Sequence record: LR745206.1
DNA length: 64,000 bases
Strand: one strand, 5' to 3'
Below are positions 38,765 to 48,417 of this stretch, piece by piece. A program made the position numbers and the translations under genes. The notes under the pieces are model-generated. The model did not search any database and was not told the origin of the DNA. It was given only the letters and a program-made list of their open reading frames with translations. Position 1 is the first letter of the stretch. Every line of letters starts with the position of its first letter.

Positions 38765-39376
38765 ATGAAATACATAAATTCATATAAGATATTTGAAGCA
38801 GGATCAAAAGAACCAAAGGTTACTATATTAACAACAATAGATGTTGATGATTTAATTGGTGGTGTTGGTACTGATGTTGATAATCTATATTCAGGTATAA
38901 TAACAAGTATTAAAGACTTTTTCAAAAAGTATAAAGATACTGATGTTGATACTGATGAGGATAAAAAGATATGGCAGTATCTTGTTCAAAAACCTGGTTT
39001 AACTAAGGCTAAAAAAGCTACAAGTGATTGGGTATTATCTACATTAGATAAAGATATCTCAAGAATGAAATCTGATATTATTGATATAGATACCTTTTTA
39101 TCATTAGATAGTGAGTTAGACTCTATTAAAGAAGGTGATGAGGTATTAATGTTAACAACACATTCAGATGATAGAATTAAGAATTTCCCTGTTATAATAA
39201 CATTTATTGTTGAGAAAATAGAATTAACTGGTATGGGTTGGTTAGGATTAGGTGCTAGTAACTCATTTTGTCCACAAATTGGTAAGAGTTGGGGTATGAT
39301 TGATATAACATGGAGTCAAAAGATTGTTACTAAAGATACTTATAATAGTTTTGCTGACCCAGATAAACATCTTTAA
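38765..39376 (+). CDS. CTS-like leader protein
   Basis: MKYINSYKIFEA; AAATATATA upstream. Confidence 0.75.
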   Translation: MKYINSYKIFEAGSKEPKVTILTTIDVDDLIGGVGTDVDNLYSGIITSIKDFFKKYKDTDVDTDEDKKIWQYLVQKPGLTKAKKATSDWVLSTLDKDISRMKSDIIDIDTFLSLDSELDSIKEGDEVLMLTTHSDDRIKNFPVIITFIVEKIELTGMGWLGLGASNSFCPQIGKSWGMIDITWSQKIVTKDTYNSFADPDKHL

Positions 39377-39380
39377 ATAG

Positions 39381-39956
39381 TTAAAATATTAAAAGTATTA
39401 ACTTTCTAACATCACCCATTGATTTTATTCTTTCAATTAAATCATCATCAGTTTCGGTTAATGTATAATTACTATCACTGCTTTTATTACCAAGTAAAGA
39501 AACCTTTGTGTGGTTAACAGTAGTTCTGGATGAATATATTCTTGGTAAAGGTATGATATGTTCAACTTCAATACCTCTTATGGATAAACCTTTTTCTTTC
39601 AAATAATCACTGACAAATCTAAGATGCTCATAAACATCAATAATACTAAATGTTTGGAATGATGTTGATGGTTTCTTTTTAAGTAATCTAACATCTGTTT
39701 TTATACTAACTATAAACTTCTTACCACCCAAATCAACATCATCAGTTGAAAATAGTTGAAATATATCAAGCCTGTTTGGATGATTATTTAATACATCTCT
39801 ACTACAATAATTACTCAAATGACCCAACATTGTTCTGGTGACAACACTATTAACACGTACATCATATTTAACCTCATCGGATATATCAGCAAAAAGATAT
39901 TTAATATCAAGCGTATTCATAGATTCAAATAACTTATATGGTCTTAGGTATATCAT
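39381..39956 (-). CDS. CTS-like leader protein
   Basis: MIYLRPYKLFES; TAATATATA at 39961-39969. Confidence 0.75.
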   Translation of the reverse strand: MIYLRPYKLFESMNTLDIKYLFADISDEVKYDVRVNSVVTRTMLGHLSNYCSRDVLNNHPNRLDIFQLFSTDDVDLGGKKFIVSIKTDVRLLKKKPSTSFQTFSIIDVYEHLRFVSDYLKEKGLSIRGIEVEHIIPLPRIYSSRTTVNHTKVSLLGNKSSDSNYTLTETDDDLIERIKSMGDVRKLILLIF

Positions 39957-40019
39957 ATGATATATATTAATTATGAAGTATTAATTTAAAACTTTACTGT
40001 ATATAACCCTATAAACTAT

Positions 40020-40310
40020 ATGAGAGAAACAATTAAATTAACAAGAGAAGTATTATCCGGATTAGCAAGTTTATGTGTCGGGTCAGAAATTGAACACGAA
40101 GGTATCAAATATAAAGTTAAGAAGAGTGATGTTAGTGATTTGAATCCTTCTAAACATATCATAGTTTTCAAGAGACAAACTGATGGTAAGTATTTTAAGT
40201 TCCCTTGTTTAATAGAAGGACCTTATACGGGCGTTAATGATGATTATAATTACAGTACTGATTTCCCTAACACAGCAACAGAGGTATTCCCAAGGATTAC
40301 ATTTGATTAA
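40020..40310 (+). CDS. Hypothetical; paralog of 61000..61299
   Basis: VFKR..DGKYFKF...DFPN.ATEVFP shared. Confidence 0.75.
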   Translation: MRETIKLTREVLSGLASLCVGSEIEHEGIKYKVKKSDVSDLNPSKHIIVFKRQTDGKYFKFPCLIEGPYTGVNDDYNYSTDFPNTATEVFPRITFD

Positions 40311-40313
40311 ACT

Positions 40314-40538
40314 ATGAGTAGGTTTACTTGTACATATTGTGGGACAGATCCTCATGACGAACAGGAAAAACCTGGTATGTGGGGTTATAAGTACACTTTT
40401 AAATGTGGTGGATTCTTAGATGTAAGTTATAGTGAGGATCATGGTGGTGACTCTGAGGACTTCTATAATATAGATAACTGTGAGTCTTATAAGTTATCTT
40501 TATTACGTTCTAATAAGATAGATAGTTTATTACATTAA
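40314..40538 (+). CDS. Small Cys protein, tag class
   Basis: CTYC; ends RSNKIDSLLH. Confidence 0.65.
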   Translation: MSRFTCTYCGTDPHDEQEKPGMWGYKYTFKCGGFLDVSYSEDHGGDSEDFYNIDNCESYKLSLLRSNKIDSLLH

Positions 40539-40759
40539 ATTGGTTCTTCTCTTGATGGATAATATTTAACAATTATACCATCACCATCAATAAACCCATT
40601 TTCTATTTCAATAGTTTCATCACGAGAATCTACTCTATCTTTGAACGATGTTGCCTCTTCGATAGTATCAAAATCCTCATGATTGGTATAGTAATGATTA
40701 TCAGCAGCGCCGGTATTATACCAATAGCATTTAAAATTAACTCTATATTTCATTTTCAT
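40535..40759 (-). CDS. Hypothetical protein
   Basis: ORF in operon. Confidence 0.65.
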   Translation of the reverse strand: MKMKYRVNFKCYWYNTGAADNHYYTNHEDFDTIEEATSFKDRVDSRDETIEIENGFIDGDGIIVKYYPSREEPI

Positions 40760-41131
40760 TTATTTTAATATCATATTTAACTTAGCTTCTCTTGTATGCT
40801 CTTTTTCATTATTACATAAGTCTCTAGCTTCTTCATGCATATCTTCCAAGAACTTTAATAACTCTTTGTGTTTAATTATCTTGAGATTACTATCAATGAA
40901 TCCTAAAGTTCTTATTGAACGTACTAATGGTAGATAACCCGCTGAGTTTTCTAATATACCATAACTTGAATCATCAAAGAATAAATAATCATTATTAATA
41001 TCTTCCTTTAATGTTTTTATAGCTTCATAGTTATCATTTAAGAAGAAATCAATTATATTGAGTATAGGTGTGTAATTACCATCAGGTAACTCATACTCTA
41101 CTACTAATTCATATCTTCCTTTTAACTTCAT
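40760..41131 (-). CDS. Hypothetical, C-terminal tag class
   Basis: Ends REAKLNMILK. Confidence 0.7.
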   Translation of the reverse strand: MKLKGRYELVVEYELPDGNYTPILNIIDFFLNDNYEAIKTLKEDINNDYLFFDDSSYGILENSAGYLPLVRSIRTLGFIDSNLKIIKHKELLKFLEDMHEEARDLCNNEKEHTREAKLNMILK

Positions 41132-41166
41132 TTATCCTTTAACATTACTTTTATTAAACTCACCTT

Positions 41167-41538
41167 TTATTTAATTATTTGATTCAATTTACAATCTCTC
41201 TCAAGACTCTTTATACTACTCTCGAATGTAACATCAAACATATTATCTAATTCCTTAGCATTTGGTATTGAATCATTATTCTTATAGTTGGAGATACTAC
41301 TCCATGATTGTCCAGTATATCCTTCTGGTATAGTGTTATTTATGAACTGTTCAGCAGTTATATTAATAGAATTACTTGAGTTGTCCTTATGATACATTTG
41401 TAATAAAGACCAACTACCTTCTAACCAATCTCTCCATGAACAAGATCTAATGAATATTCTATTATTAAGTGATACAAAGTATGTGGTTGAGTGTGGTCTA
41501 CCCTCAAAGTAACTAGACTGTCCTTTTATTATTTCCAT
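41167..41538 (-). CDS. Hypothetical, C-terminal tag class
   Basis: Ends RDCKLNQIIK. Confidence 0.7.
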   Translation of the reverse strand: MEIIKGQSSYFEGRPHSTTYFVSLNNRIFIRSCSWRDWLEGSWSLLQMYHKDNSSNSINITAEQFINNTIPEGYTGQSWSSISNYKNNDSIPNAKELDNMFDVTFESSIKSLERDCKLNQIIK

Positions 41539-41876
41539 TAGATATAGCTTTGTGATGTTACAATATGTTCTACTGTGAATGGTGTTGCAGTCCTTTTATA
41601 ACAATCGTGTAATATATTGATTAAGAAGTAACCACATTCATCATATATCTCTCCACGGTTTGCACCGAATGTACTTCCGAATCCTTGTTGTGTAGAGTGT
41701 TTGAATTCTTTACTACCTTGTGGGTTATTGATAACGAACTCAATTAATTCCTTACAATGTTTAATATCACGAGGATCATATTGATAGCTAGTAAATGTAT
41801 CTAGTTTATCTAGGTCGTCAATGAAGCAATAGGTGCCTCCATCTGGACTTGAGTTTTGAAATAGTATATTTTTCAT
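41538..41876 (-). CDS. Hypothetical protein
   Basis: ORF in operon. Confidence 0.7.
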   Translation of the reverse strand: MKNILFQNSSPDGGTYCFIDDLDKLDTFTSYQYDPRDIKHCKELIEFVINNPQGSKEFKHSTQQGFGSTFGANRGEIYDECGYFLINILHDCYKRTATPFTVEHIVTSQSYI

Positions 41877-42166
41877 TTAATTACCTCATCAATTTTAGAA
41901 TCTCTTATATCTGATATAAAATATTCTTTTATAATTTTATTACTTCGTGTATGTTTCTCAAGGTATACTTTTAGATTTTGTGTATCTCCCTCCCAATAAT
42001 CCTCATCTTCATCATATCCATAAGGTGTAACTGTATGATCTTCTAATGGTTCATACTTTAACATTTCCTCATATCTACCCTTACACATTACGTTCTGTCG
42101 ATAGTTACCTACTTGTTTACCATCCTTTTCAATTCTGTATTCTACTACGTTTGCACTTGTACTCAT
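41873..42166 (-). CDS. Hypothetical, C-terminal tag class
   Basis: Ends RDSKIDEVIK. Confidence 0.7.
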   Translation of the reverse strand: MSTSANVVEYRIEKDGKQVGNYRQNVMCKGRYEEMLKYEPLEDHTVTPYGYDEDEDYWEGDTQNLKVYLEKHTRSNKIIKEYFISDIRDSKIDEVIK

Positions 42167-42171
42167 AGTTA

Positions 42172-42203
42172 CAAAGATAATGAATATAGATGATATTTAC
42201 AAA
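42172..42203 (-). promoter_or_regulatory. Bacteroidota sigma70-type promoter
   Basis: TTTG-N20-TATCTTTG, exact consensus. Confidence 0.8.
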
Positions 42204-42249
42204 CAATAGTATTTCATAATTTAATATATAATATAAAATATTTACTTAA

Positions 42250-42693
42250 ATGGCTAATAAAATAATATTAAAGGATAATGGTATAAATAATGCTGGTGAT
42301 TCACCTAGTGGATATAAATACCTTGGGTTTGATGGAGAATCTTTTTCTGAAAAATCAGGAGCAACAGTAAGTGCTATTGGTGGATCTACAGTAAGAAGAT
42401 TAATAATTCGTGGGTTTAGTGGTGATGGAATACCTGGATTAGCAATCATTGAAAATACTTTAGTTGCCACTGGTGGTGGAGCTGTCACTGTTGATTTTAC
42501 CGGAACAAATGCTACCACACTAGTAGCTACACTAAGTGATACTTCTATTACAAGAAATAATACATTTTTCACTTTACATGTAGAAACACAATTAGCTTAT
42601 AATACAAGTCAAAGTAGTAGTATATTAAATGGTGTAATAAATATATCTTTTAGTGATGATAGTTATTATAAAGTAATGATAGAACAAATCTAA
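42250..42693 (+). CDS. Putative virion protein, GY(K/R)YLG(F/Y) family (2 of 3)
   Basis: MANKIILKDNG...GYKYLGFDG; TAATATATA at 42222-42230. Confidence 0.65.
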   Translation: MANKIILKDNGINNAGDSPSGYKYLGFDGESFSEKSGATVSAIGGSTVRRLIIRGFSGDGIPGLAIIENTLVATGGGAVTVDFTGTNATTLVATLSDTSITRNNTFFTLHVETQLAYNTSQSSSILNGVINISFSDDSYYKVMIEQI

Positions 42694-42696
42694 TTT

Positions 42697-42723
42697 ACAA
42701 AAATCTGCACGTAATTCTGTATT
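42697..42723. repeat. Dispersed ~27-bp element copy 2
   Basis: acaaaaatctgcacgtaattctgtatt. Confidence 0.65.
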
Positions 42724-42753
42724 GTAGTCAACATTTTTATTATATACCATATA

Positions 42754-43041
42754 ATGTATATGACTAAACAAACAATTTATAGAGTATCATTACTTATGTT
42801 AAGTACATTCGTATTATGGTATATGGTTATATCCTTTATCGAATGGGATATGAGTTGGATTCAACATATAGTAGATGATAAACAAATGAGATATAGTTTC
42901 CTTGTTGGATTTATCATAAAGATATTACTAGACTTTTGGTTATGGTCATATATCAAAGATAAATATTTCCACACATACGTAGATGCTGATAAGAAACTTG
43001 AAGAAGAAAATCAAGAGAAATTAAGGAAGACTTTTAATTAA
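42754..43041 (+). CDS. Two-TM membrane protein
   Basis: Two hydrophobic segments. Confidence 0.7.
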   Translation: MYMTKQTIYRVSLLMLSTFVLWYMVISFIEWDMSWIQHIVDDKQMRYSFLVGFIIKILLDFWLWSYIKDKYFHTYVDADKKLEEENQEKLRKTFN

Positions 43042-44117
43042 GCTCTATAATATCCCACATCACCCATATGTAGATTCTTATATAAGTAATCATATATTCC
43101 ATTAGCCTCTTCACTAGTCATTGTTATATCAAGTGGTCTTATAACAACACTCAATAATACATTCTTCATATTCTCATTCATACCCAATCTCTTACTTACA
43201 TGTATTGGTAAGTCTGAATATAACCACTCACCTTTGATATTTATCTCTTCAATTATATTAGACTCTATAAGTGTTCTTATTCTATCACCTATTTGTTCTA
43301 TATCAATATCATTGTCAACAGCAATTGACATATCTCTTATGATTGATGGTTGTGTAGATACCTCAACATAAGGTGATAAATCAGACATCTGCTTTTGTAT
43401 CCTAGGGTTTTGACTTCTTAATATTCTAATATCATTAATACCCTTTCTTAACATAACAGATCTATCTAACCCAATACCCATTGCTAGTCCTGACCAAACA
43501 TTACTATCTAATCCAGAATCATCTAATAACTTTGGTAGTGCTAGTCCACACTCTAATATTTCTAACCAAGTATCATTTACATAAACTTCTACCTCTATAC
43601 CATCTTTTGTATAGTAGTGTGATGTTTCATTGTATCTCCATTTAACACCAGGTAATACTACATCAATAACACATTGAACCAAATCTAAAAGGTCTTCTCT
43701 ATTATAAACTTTATCATTAGTTATTCTCCATATATCCATTTGATGAGGTTCACCAACATGTGTTTTATCAACAACATCCCTTCTATAAACAATACCAGGA
43801 CATATCAATAATGTATCTTTATTTACAGACTTCAATGCTGGTGGTATAGATGATGTCATTTGTGTTCTAAGTAATGTTGTATCGTTTATCCATCTGGTAT
43901 ACCTTGATGATTTTGTAATGGTATCTTGTGGGTAATAAAGATTATCATAGTTATTTTTAGAATCAACTATGGGTGAATCCTTAATGATACTTGGTTGTAT
44001 AGTATATTTACTTTGTAATGATTTAATGATTTCATCGGTTATAATACCAATTGCATGATTCTTATCTAATGTTAAGTCAACTACTTGTAATGATTTATTT
44101 AATTCTTCTTTATTCAT
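43038..44117 (-). CDS. Monomeric PheS-related aminoacyl-tRNA ligase-like protein with C-terminal FDX-ACB domain (SrmL-like)
   Basis: LLRTQMTS, PGIVYRRD, H..EPHQMD, WLEILECG, GLAMGIGLDR, then RDMSI...SV..RPLD.T.T.EE. Confidence 0.85.
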   Translation of the reverse strand: MNKEELNKSLQVVDLTLDKNHAIGIITDEIIKSLQSKYTIQPSIIKDSPIVDSKNNYDNLYYPQDTITKSSRYTRWINDTTLLRTQMTSSIPPALKSVNKDTLLICPGIVYRRDVVDKTHVGEPHQMDIWRITNDKVYNREDLLDLVQCVIDVVLPGVKWRYNETSHYYTKDGIEVEVYVNDTWLEILECGLALPKLLDDSGLDSNVWSGLAMGIGLDRSVMLRKGINDIRILRSQNPRIQKQMSDLSPYVEVSTQPSIIRDMSIAVDNDIDIEQIGDRIRTLIESNIIEEINIKGEWLYSDLPIHVSKRLGMNENMKNVLLSVVIRPLDITMTSEEANGIYDYLYKNLHMGDVGYYRA

Positions 44118-44144
44118 GATTTCAATTTATTAATTTTTTAAAAC

Positions 44145-44250
44145 AAAAAACCCTCAGATTTTTAAGTCTGAGGGTTCAAAATATATAGCAATATCTTTCT
44201 CAGACCATTTTGTGGCTAAAAAAGAAATTAAATGTAGTATTCGTGTTCAT
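44145..44250 (-). promoter_or_regulatory. Phe-dependent transcription attenuator (terminator/antiterminator)
   Basis: Terminator aaccctcaga/tctgagggtt plus T-run (44145-44176); leader 3' end gtctgag can pair with terminator 5' arm ctcagac. Confidence 0.8.
44200..44250 (-). CDS. Phe-rich leader peptide MNTNTTFNFFFSHKMV
   Basis: Hand-translated; 4 Phe in 5 codons. Confidence 0.8.
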   Translation of the reverse strand: MNTNTTFNFFFSHKMV

Positions 44251-44549
44251 ATTAATTATATATAAATTTTACTCTTTGTTATATAAAGATAAGGAATATA
44301 TGTGACTTATCCTAAATTAGATTGAATATATTATATCCTTCTTCACTATTACCTTGTACGATATAAGCATCTTCACCATCTTTCACATACTCAGTAAACA
44401 TATTACCACCGGTAAATGAAACCATTCTAACCTCTTTCACATTATTTCTTTAGTTCTTTAATAACTTTCTTTGCTACTTTTCTTATGACAAGTAGTTTAA
44501 CTGCTTTAAGTATAGTTTTCTTATATCCCATTTATTATTGGTTTAATCA

Positions 44550-44603
44550 CAAAGATAAGGATAATTGATATATGATACAAAAATCCGTACATAATTCTGT
44601 ATT
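44550..44603 (-). promoter_or_regulatory. Bacteroidota promoter with upstream ~27-bp element (copy 3)
   Basis: TTTG-N20-TATCTTTG overlapping acaaaaatccgtacataattctgtatt. Confidence 0.75.
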
Positions 44604-44919
44604 AGAATTTAGATTCGAATAATTCATATGCTCGTAGGAAATCATCTTGTTTAATGAATACATTTATCATATAGCTTTCGAATTCAATATCATATCTATT
44701 ATTCATATCACCACCTACCTCAACAATAATATTTTCATAATCAAAGATAGCTTTATTATTATCTAGGTCAATGGTAAAGTTATTCAAAAGGAATCCTATG
44801 TGTTTTGATTTTTCTAAATCATCTATGTGTATAACATCATCATATTCACCACACATGATATCATCTATGTTTCTTCTTAATGTTATATAAGTATTGAATG
44901 CAGATCTCTTTATATTCAT
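44602..44919 (-). CDS. Hypothetical protein
   Basis: 105-aa ORF; TATCTTTA at 44935-44942. Confidence 0.7.
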   Translation of the reverse strand: MNIKRSAFNTYITLRRNIDDIMCGEYDDVIHIDDLEKSKHIGFLLNNFTIDLDNNKAIFDYENIIVEVGGDMNNRYDIEFESYMINVFIKQDDFLRAYELFESKF

Positions 44920-44980
44920 AAAAGTATAATTGGTTAAAGATAAGGAATAATTCTATACATTAAAAATAAATATATACATT

Positions 44981-45544
44981 ATGAATTACTTAAAACTATA
45001 TGAAGGCTTCTGGGGTGATAGAAAGAAAAGGAGAAAGGCTAATAAAGCTTTAACCGAAGCTGAGAATCAAATAAATAATCATATATCAAAGTTTATTAAT
45101 AAGAAGTATGGTTTCCAATATAGTGTAGTTGTATGGAAAAGTAAGAATTCCAATTATACAGAAATAGATCATGATCAATTAACATTTAATGGTGTTGAAA
45201 TAGAACCTACTTATTATAGTAATTCGGATATTGCTACCGGAGCTTTCTTCTATCTAAAATTTACTGATAAGAATAACGATGAGGTTTCTATATACTTTCC
45301 ATCAGATGCAATTACACAGAATGAAATAGATTTAGAGTATGCTAAACCTTGGGATTTATCTAAGAAGGCATTAAGAGGGGATGTTGCTGATAAAGAAGAA
45401 GATTTGGATAAAATTGATTATGATGATCCAAATAGATATCCAAATAGAGATTCACATTTTGTATATGTTCCTAGTGAATATAAAACGATTGAATTACTTA
45501 CTGAGTTAAAAGAGTTATTACAAAGTCTAAACGAACAAATATGA
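44981..45544 (+). CDS. CTS-like leader protein
   Basis: MNYLKLYEGF; AAATATATA upstream. Confidence 0.75.
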   Translation: MNYLKLYEGFWGDRKKRRKANKALTEAENQINNHISKFINKKYGFQYSVVVWKSKNSNYTEIDHDQLTFNGVEIEPTYYSNSDIATGAFFYLKFTDKNNDEVSIYFPSDAITQNEIDLEYAKPWDLSKKALRGDVADKEEDLDKIDYDDPNRYPNRDSHFVYVPSEYKTIELLTELKELLQSLNEQI

Positions 45545-45903
45545 GATATATTAAAACATATGAGTCATTTGTTTGTTTGGATGATTCACTTAAACTAGAA
45601 GTAGAGGATATTCTAAGAGAGTTAGAAGATGATAACATACGTGTTGACGTACATTCATGGGATGGTGTTGAAGTTTTTTTAACTAATAAATCGGAGCATA
45701 AGGTAAAAAGCTTCACAGCTCCCGATACATTTCCATATGAAGTTATAAAACCTCACATAGAACATTTAATATCCTTCTTAGGTGATAAAGGATATACTCT
45801 GAAAACTATTCATAATATAGTTGATTTAAGACCAAGGATATTTAGGCGTAATGATTTAGATGGTAGACAAATAGGTAGATTAGAATTAAGATTTACTAAT
45901 TAA
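45541..45903 (+). CDS. CTS-like leader protein, DIFxELxD family
   Basis: MRYIKTYESF...VEDILRELEDDNI. Confidence 0.75.
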   Translation: MRYIKTYESFVCLDDSLKLEVEDILRELEDDNIRVDVHSWDGVEVFLTNKSEHKVKSFTAPDTFPYEVIKPHIEHLISFLGDKGYTLKTIHNIVDLRPRIFRRNDLDGRQIGRLELRFTN

Positions 45904-45966
45904 CTTATCAACTAAGTAAGTATATAACATATAACATTAAGTGCCAAGAATAAAATATTAATGTTC

Positions 45967-46605
45967 TCATTCAGCGTCTTTCATTAGTCTATTGAATTTT
46001 TCATCACTCATAAATCTTCTATTAGATATTAACCAAGACCTCTCAAATTTATATCTATTATAATAATACTGAATATCAATCCTATCATCTACAATAACCG
46101 AATATACAGTTGAATCTTTCATACCCAATACATTAATTACTTTATCATGTGCTTCTAGTACAGCCTCTCTCAATTTAGGATTCTTTATAGCTAAAAATTT
46201 TTCAGCTTCTTTATTTGTATATCTACCACCTTTTATAGAATAATCTATTATAACAACTGAACACCCAGGGTTTTTTTTATCTTTACTACTATTAAATATA
46301 AAGTATGAATAATCCCCTGTCTCTAATAAACTTAGTCTCTCAGCATCATTATCAGTCATGTTTGATGGGCAATCAGAAACCACAATTGAATCATGTGGTA
46401 CAGATAAACTTTTACTTCTATCAATCATAACATATGGAGTATTAACATTACTTTCGTTATTTAATACTCCTTCATAACCTAGTAAATCTTTTATATCTCT
46501 TCTAACCATATTAAAATCATCAAATATATCTTGGTAACAATCAATGATAAGTAATATATCATCCTCCTTTGATTCAAACACTTTATATTTCTTTATATGT
46601 TTCAT
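45967..46605 (-). CDS. CTS-like leader protein
   Basis: MKHIKKYKVFES. Confidence 0.75.
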   Translation of the reverse strand: MKHIKKYKVFESKEDDILLIIDCYQDIFDDFNMVRRDIKDLLGYEGVLNNESNVNTPYVMIDRSKSLSVPHDSIVVSDCPSNMTDNDAERLSLLETGDYSYFIFNSSKDKKNPGCSVVIIDYSIKGGRYTNKEAEKFLAIKNPKLREAVLEAHDKVINVLGMKDSTVYSVIVDDRIDIQYYYNRYKFERSWLISNRRFMSDEKFNRLMKDAE

Positions 46606-46617
46606 ATAGGTATATAT

Positions 46618-46653
46618 AAAAAAAAGGTGGTGAATTATAAACTCACCACCTTT
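46618..46653 (-). terminator. Intrinsic terminator
   Basis: aaaggtggtga/tcaccaccttt with T-run on minus strand. Confidence 0.85.
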
Positions 46654-46671
46654 CTCACCTATCTACTTATA

Positions 46672-48132
46672 TTATTTTTTATCTGATTTCTTATCATCTG
46701 AATCAGCTAATGGGTTTAAGTTCTTCAACATACCCAATAAGGCTTTACCCTCGTCAGTTTGTTTCAAAGACTCAAGTAGTCCATTAATTTGTGATCCTCC
46801 TTTAGATGATAGAATATCAGAGAACTTGTTCATACCTGATTCAACATCACCACTGTTAGCAAGAATCTTTAAGTCTGCTGATGCAAGTGCCTTAGCCATT
46901 GCTTCTGCTTTCGCAACTTCAACAACTTGCTCTTTATCCACCGTCTTAACTCTAATAAGGTAATCTTGGTACCCTACGTTCTCACCAATTTCTTTCGCTA
47001 ACTCTGTTTGAGCAGTTACGGATGCTAACTGACCAGCTTTCTCAGCTTCAGCCTCAGACATACCTTTAGCAGCGATTACTTTCGCTTCAGCCTCACCAAC
47101 GGCTTGAACACCCTCAGCTTCTTTTTTCTTAGCGGCTAAGTGTGCATCAGCATCAGTTTCAACCTTAAACTTATCAGCTTCTGCTCCAATAGCAACAGTT
47201 CTCTTACGTTTCTCAGCGTCAATGATTTCTCTCTCTTTATCAATCTCAGCTTGTTTAATTTGAGCTACTTTGATAACTTCCATTTGTTGTAGTTTAGTTG
47301 CTCTTTCAGCTTGAGCAATATCAGAGATAGAGTTTTGTTCTGCGATACCCGATGCTTTCATAGAGTTCGCTCTAGCAATACCAATAGCTCTTTCAGAGTC
47401 AGCTTGTGCTTCACCAGCTTCCCTTTGTGTTTCAGATCTAGTAACAGCAATGTTCTTCTCTGCTTCAAGTTCTGCTTGTTCAGCCTTACGGTTGTTAAGT
47501 GCAACTTCTGTACGAGACTCCATATCAATTGCTGACATACGTTTCGCCATAATCTGGTGAATTACTTTTGAGCCACCAGCATCTCTTACATCCATTAACT
47601 CGATGTTTTTAATTGAAGCTACACCCCAATTAGATAAGTCAGCGTTAACTGCCTCAGTGAATTGTAAACCAAAGATAGAACGCTCCTCCATAATCTCTTC
47701 TAACTTAGACTTGGCTAGGATTGAACGAACGGCACCTTGAACTACATTCTCAAGTTGTTTCTTTAACTCTTGGTATGATTCCACTTTTGCTGCTGCAATG
47801 TTTGTATCTGAAATGTGGAAGAATGCTTTGACATCAACGACAAATGGAACTCTGTCTTTATCATAAGCTGAATATTCTGATAAGTCAATATCAAAATTGG
47901 ATACTGGTAACTCCCGAACATCAACACCAATAACTGGTATCCATTTTGGGAATTCGTAATAAACATTTGATGTTTTACCGACACCATATGAAACGGTTTG
48001 TTTGCCTCTTTGGACAATGTGAACCACGTTAGTAGGTACAATCCTACGTAGTGATAAAATGTAAAAAAATATGATAGCTCCTACTAATGAGGGAATACCA
48101 TACAGTAATAATGAAAATAATGTTTCTGACAT
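46672..48132 (-). CDS. SPFH/flotillin-family membrane protein
   Basis: N-terminal TM, band-7 domain (DKDRVPFVVDV), AE-rich coiled coil. Confidence 0.9.
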   Translation of the reverse strand: MSETLFSLLLYGIPSLVGAIIFFYILSLRRIVPTNVVHIVQRGKQTVSYGVGKTSNVYYEFPKWIPVIGVDVRELPVSNFDIDLSEYSAYDKDRVPFVVDVKAFFHISDTNIAAAKVESYQELKKQLENVVQGAVRSILAKSKLEEIMEERSIFGLQFTEAVNADLSNWGVASIKNIELMDVRDAGGSKVIHQIMAKRMSAIDMESRTEVALNNRKAEQAELEAEKNIAVTRSETQREAGEAQADSERAIGIARANSMKASGIAEQNSISDIAQAERATKLQQMEVIKVAQIKQAEIDKEREIIDAEKRKRTVAIGAEADKFKVETDADAHLAAKKKEAEGVQAVGEAEAKVIAAKGMSEAEAEKAGQLASVTAQTELAKEIGENVGYQDYLIRVKTVDKEQVVEVAKAEAMAKALASADLKILANSGDVESGMNKFSDILSSKGGSQINGLLESLKQTDEGKALLGMLKNLNPLADSDDKKSDKK

Positions 48133-48225
48133 AATTTTTTTTTTAATAATTAATAAATAGATATAGGTAGTTTTTTTTATACAGCTACCACCCTTTGGCT
48201 GTTTACTTTTACAAAGATAGGAATA

Positions 48226-48414
48226 TTATTCAATATCTTTTAAAAAATCTTCTTTTTTTCTTCTTTCTAATCTTCTTTTAAGAACTTTCATACGGGATCT
48301 AGCTTTTCTAGCATTACCATATCTAGCACCACGTTCTTGTTGCCATGTTGCATCTCCCCTATCTTCATTGAGTCCTTTAGTAACTCTGGTGTCTATTGAT
48401 AATTTACTTTTCAT
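48226..48414 (-). CDS. Small basic hypothetical protein
   Basis: Arg/Lys-rich. Confidence 0.65.
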   Translation of the reverse strand: MKSKLSIDTRVTKGLNEDRGDATWQQERGARYGNARKARSRMKVLKRRLERRKKEDFLKDIE

Positions 48415-48417
48415 ATT

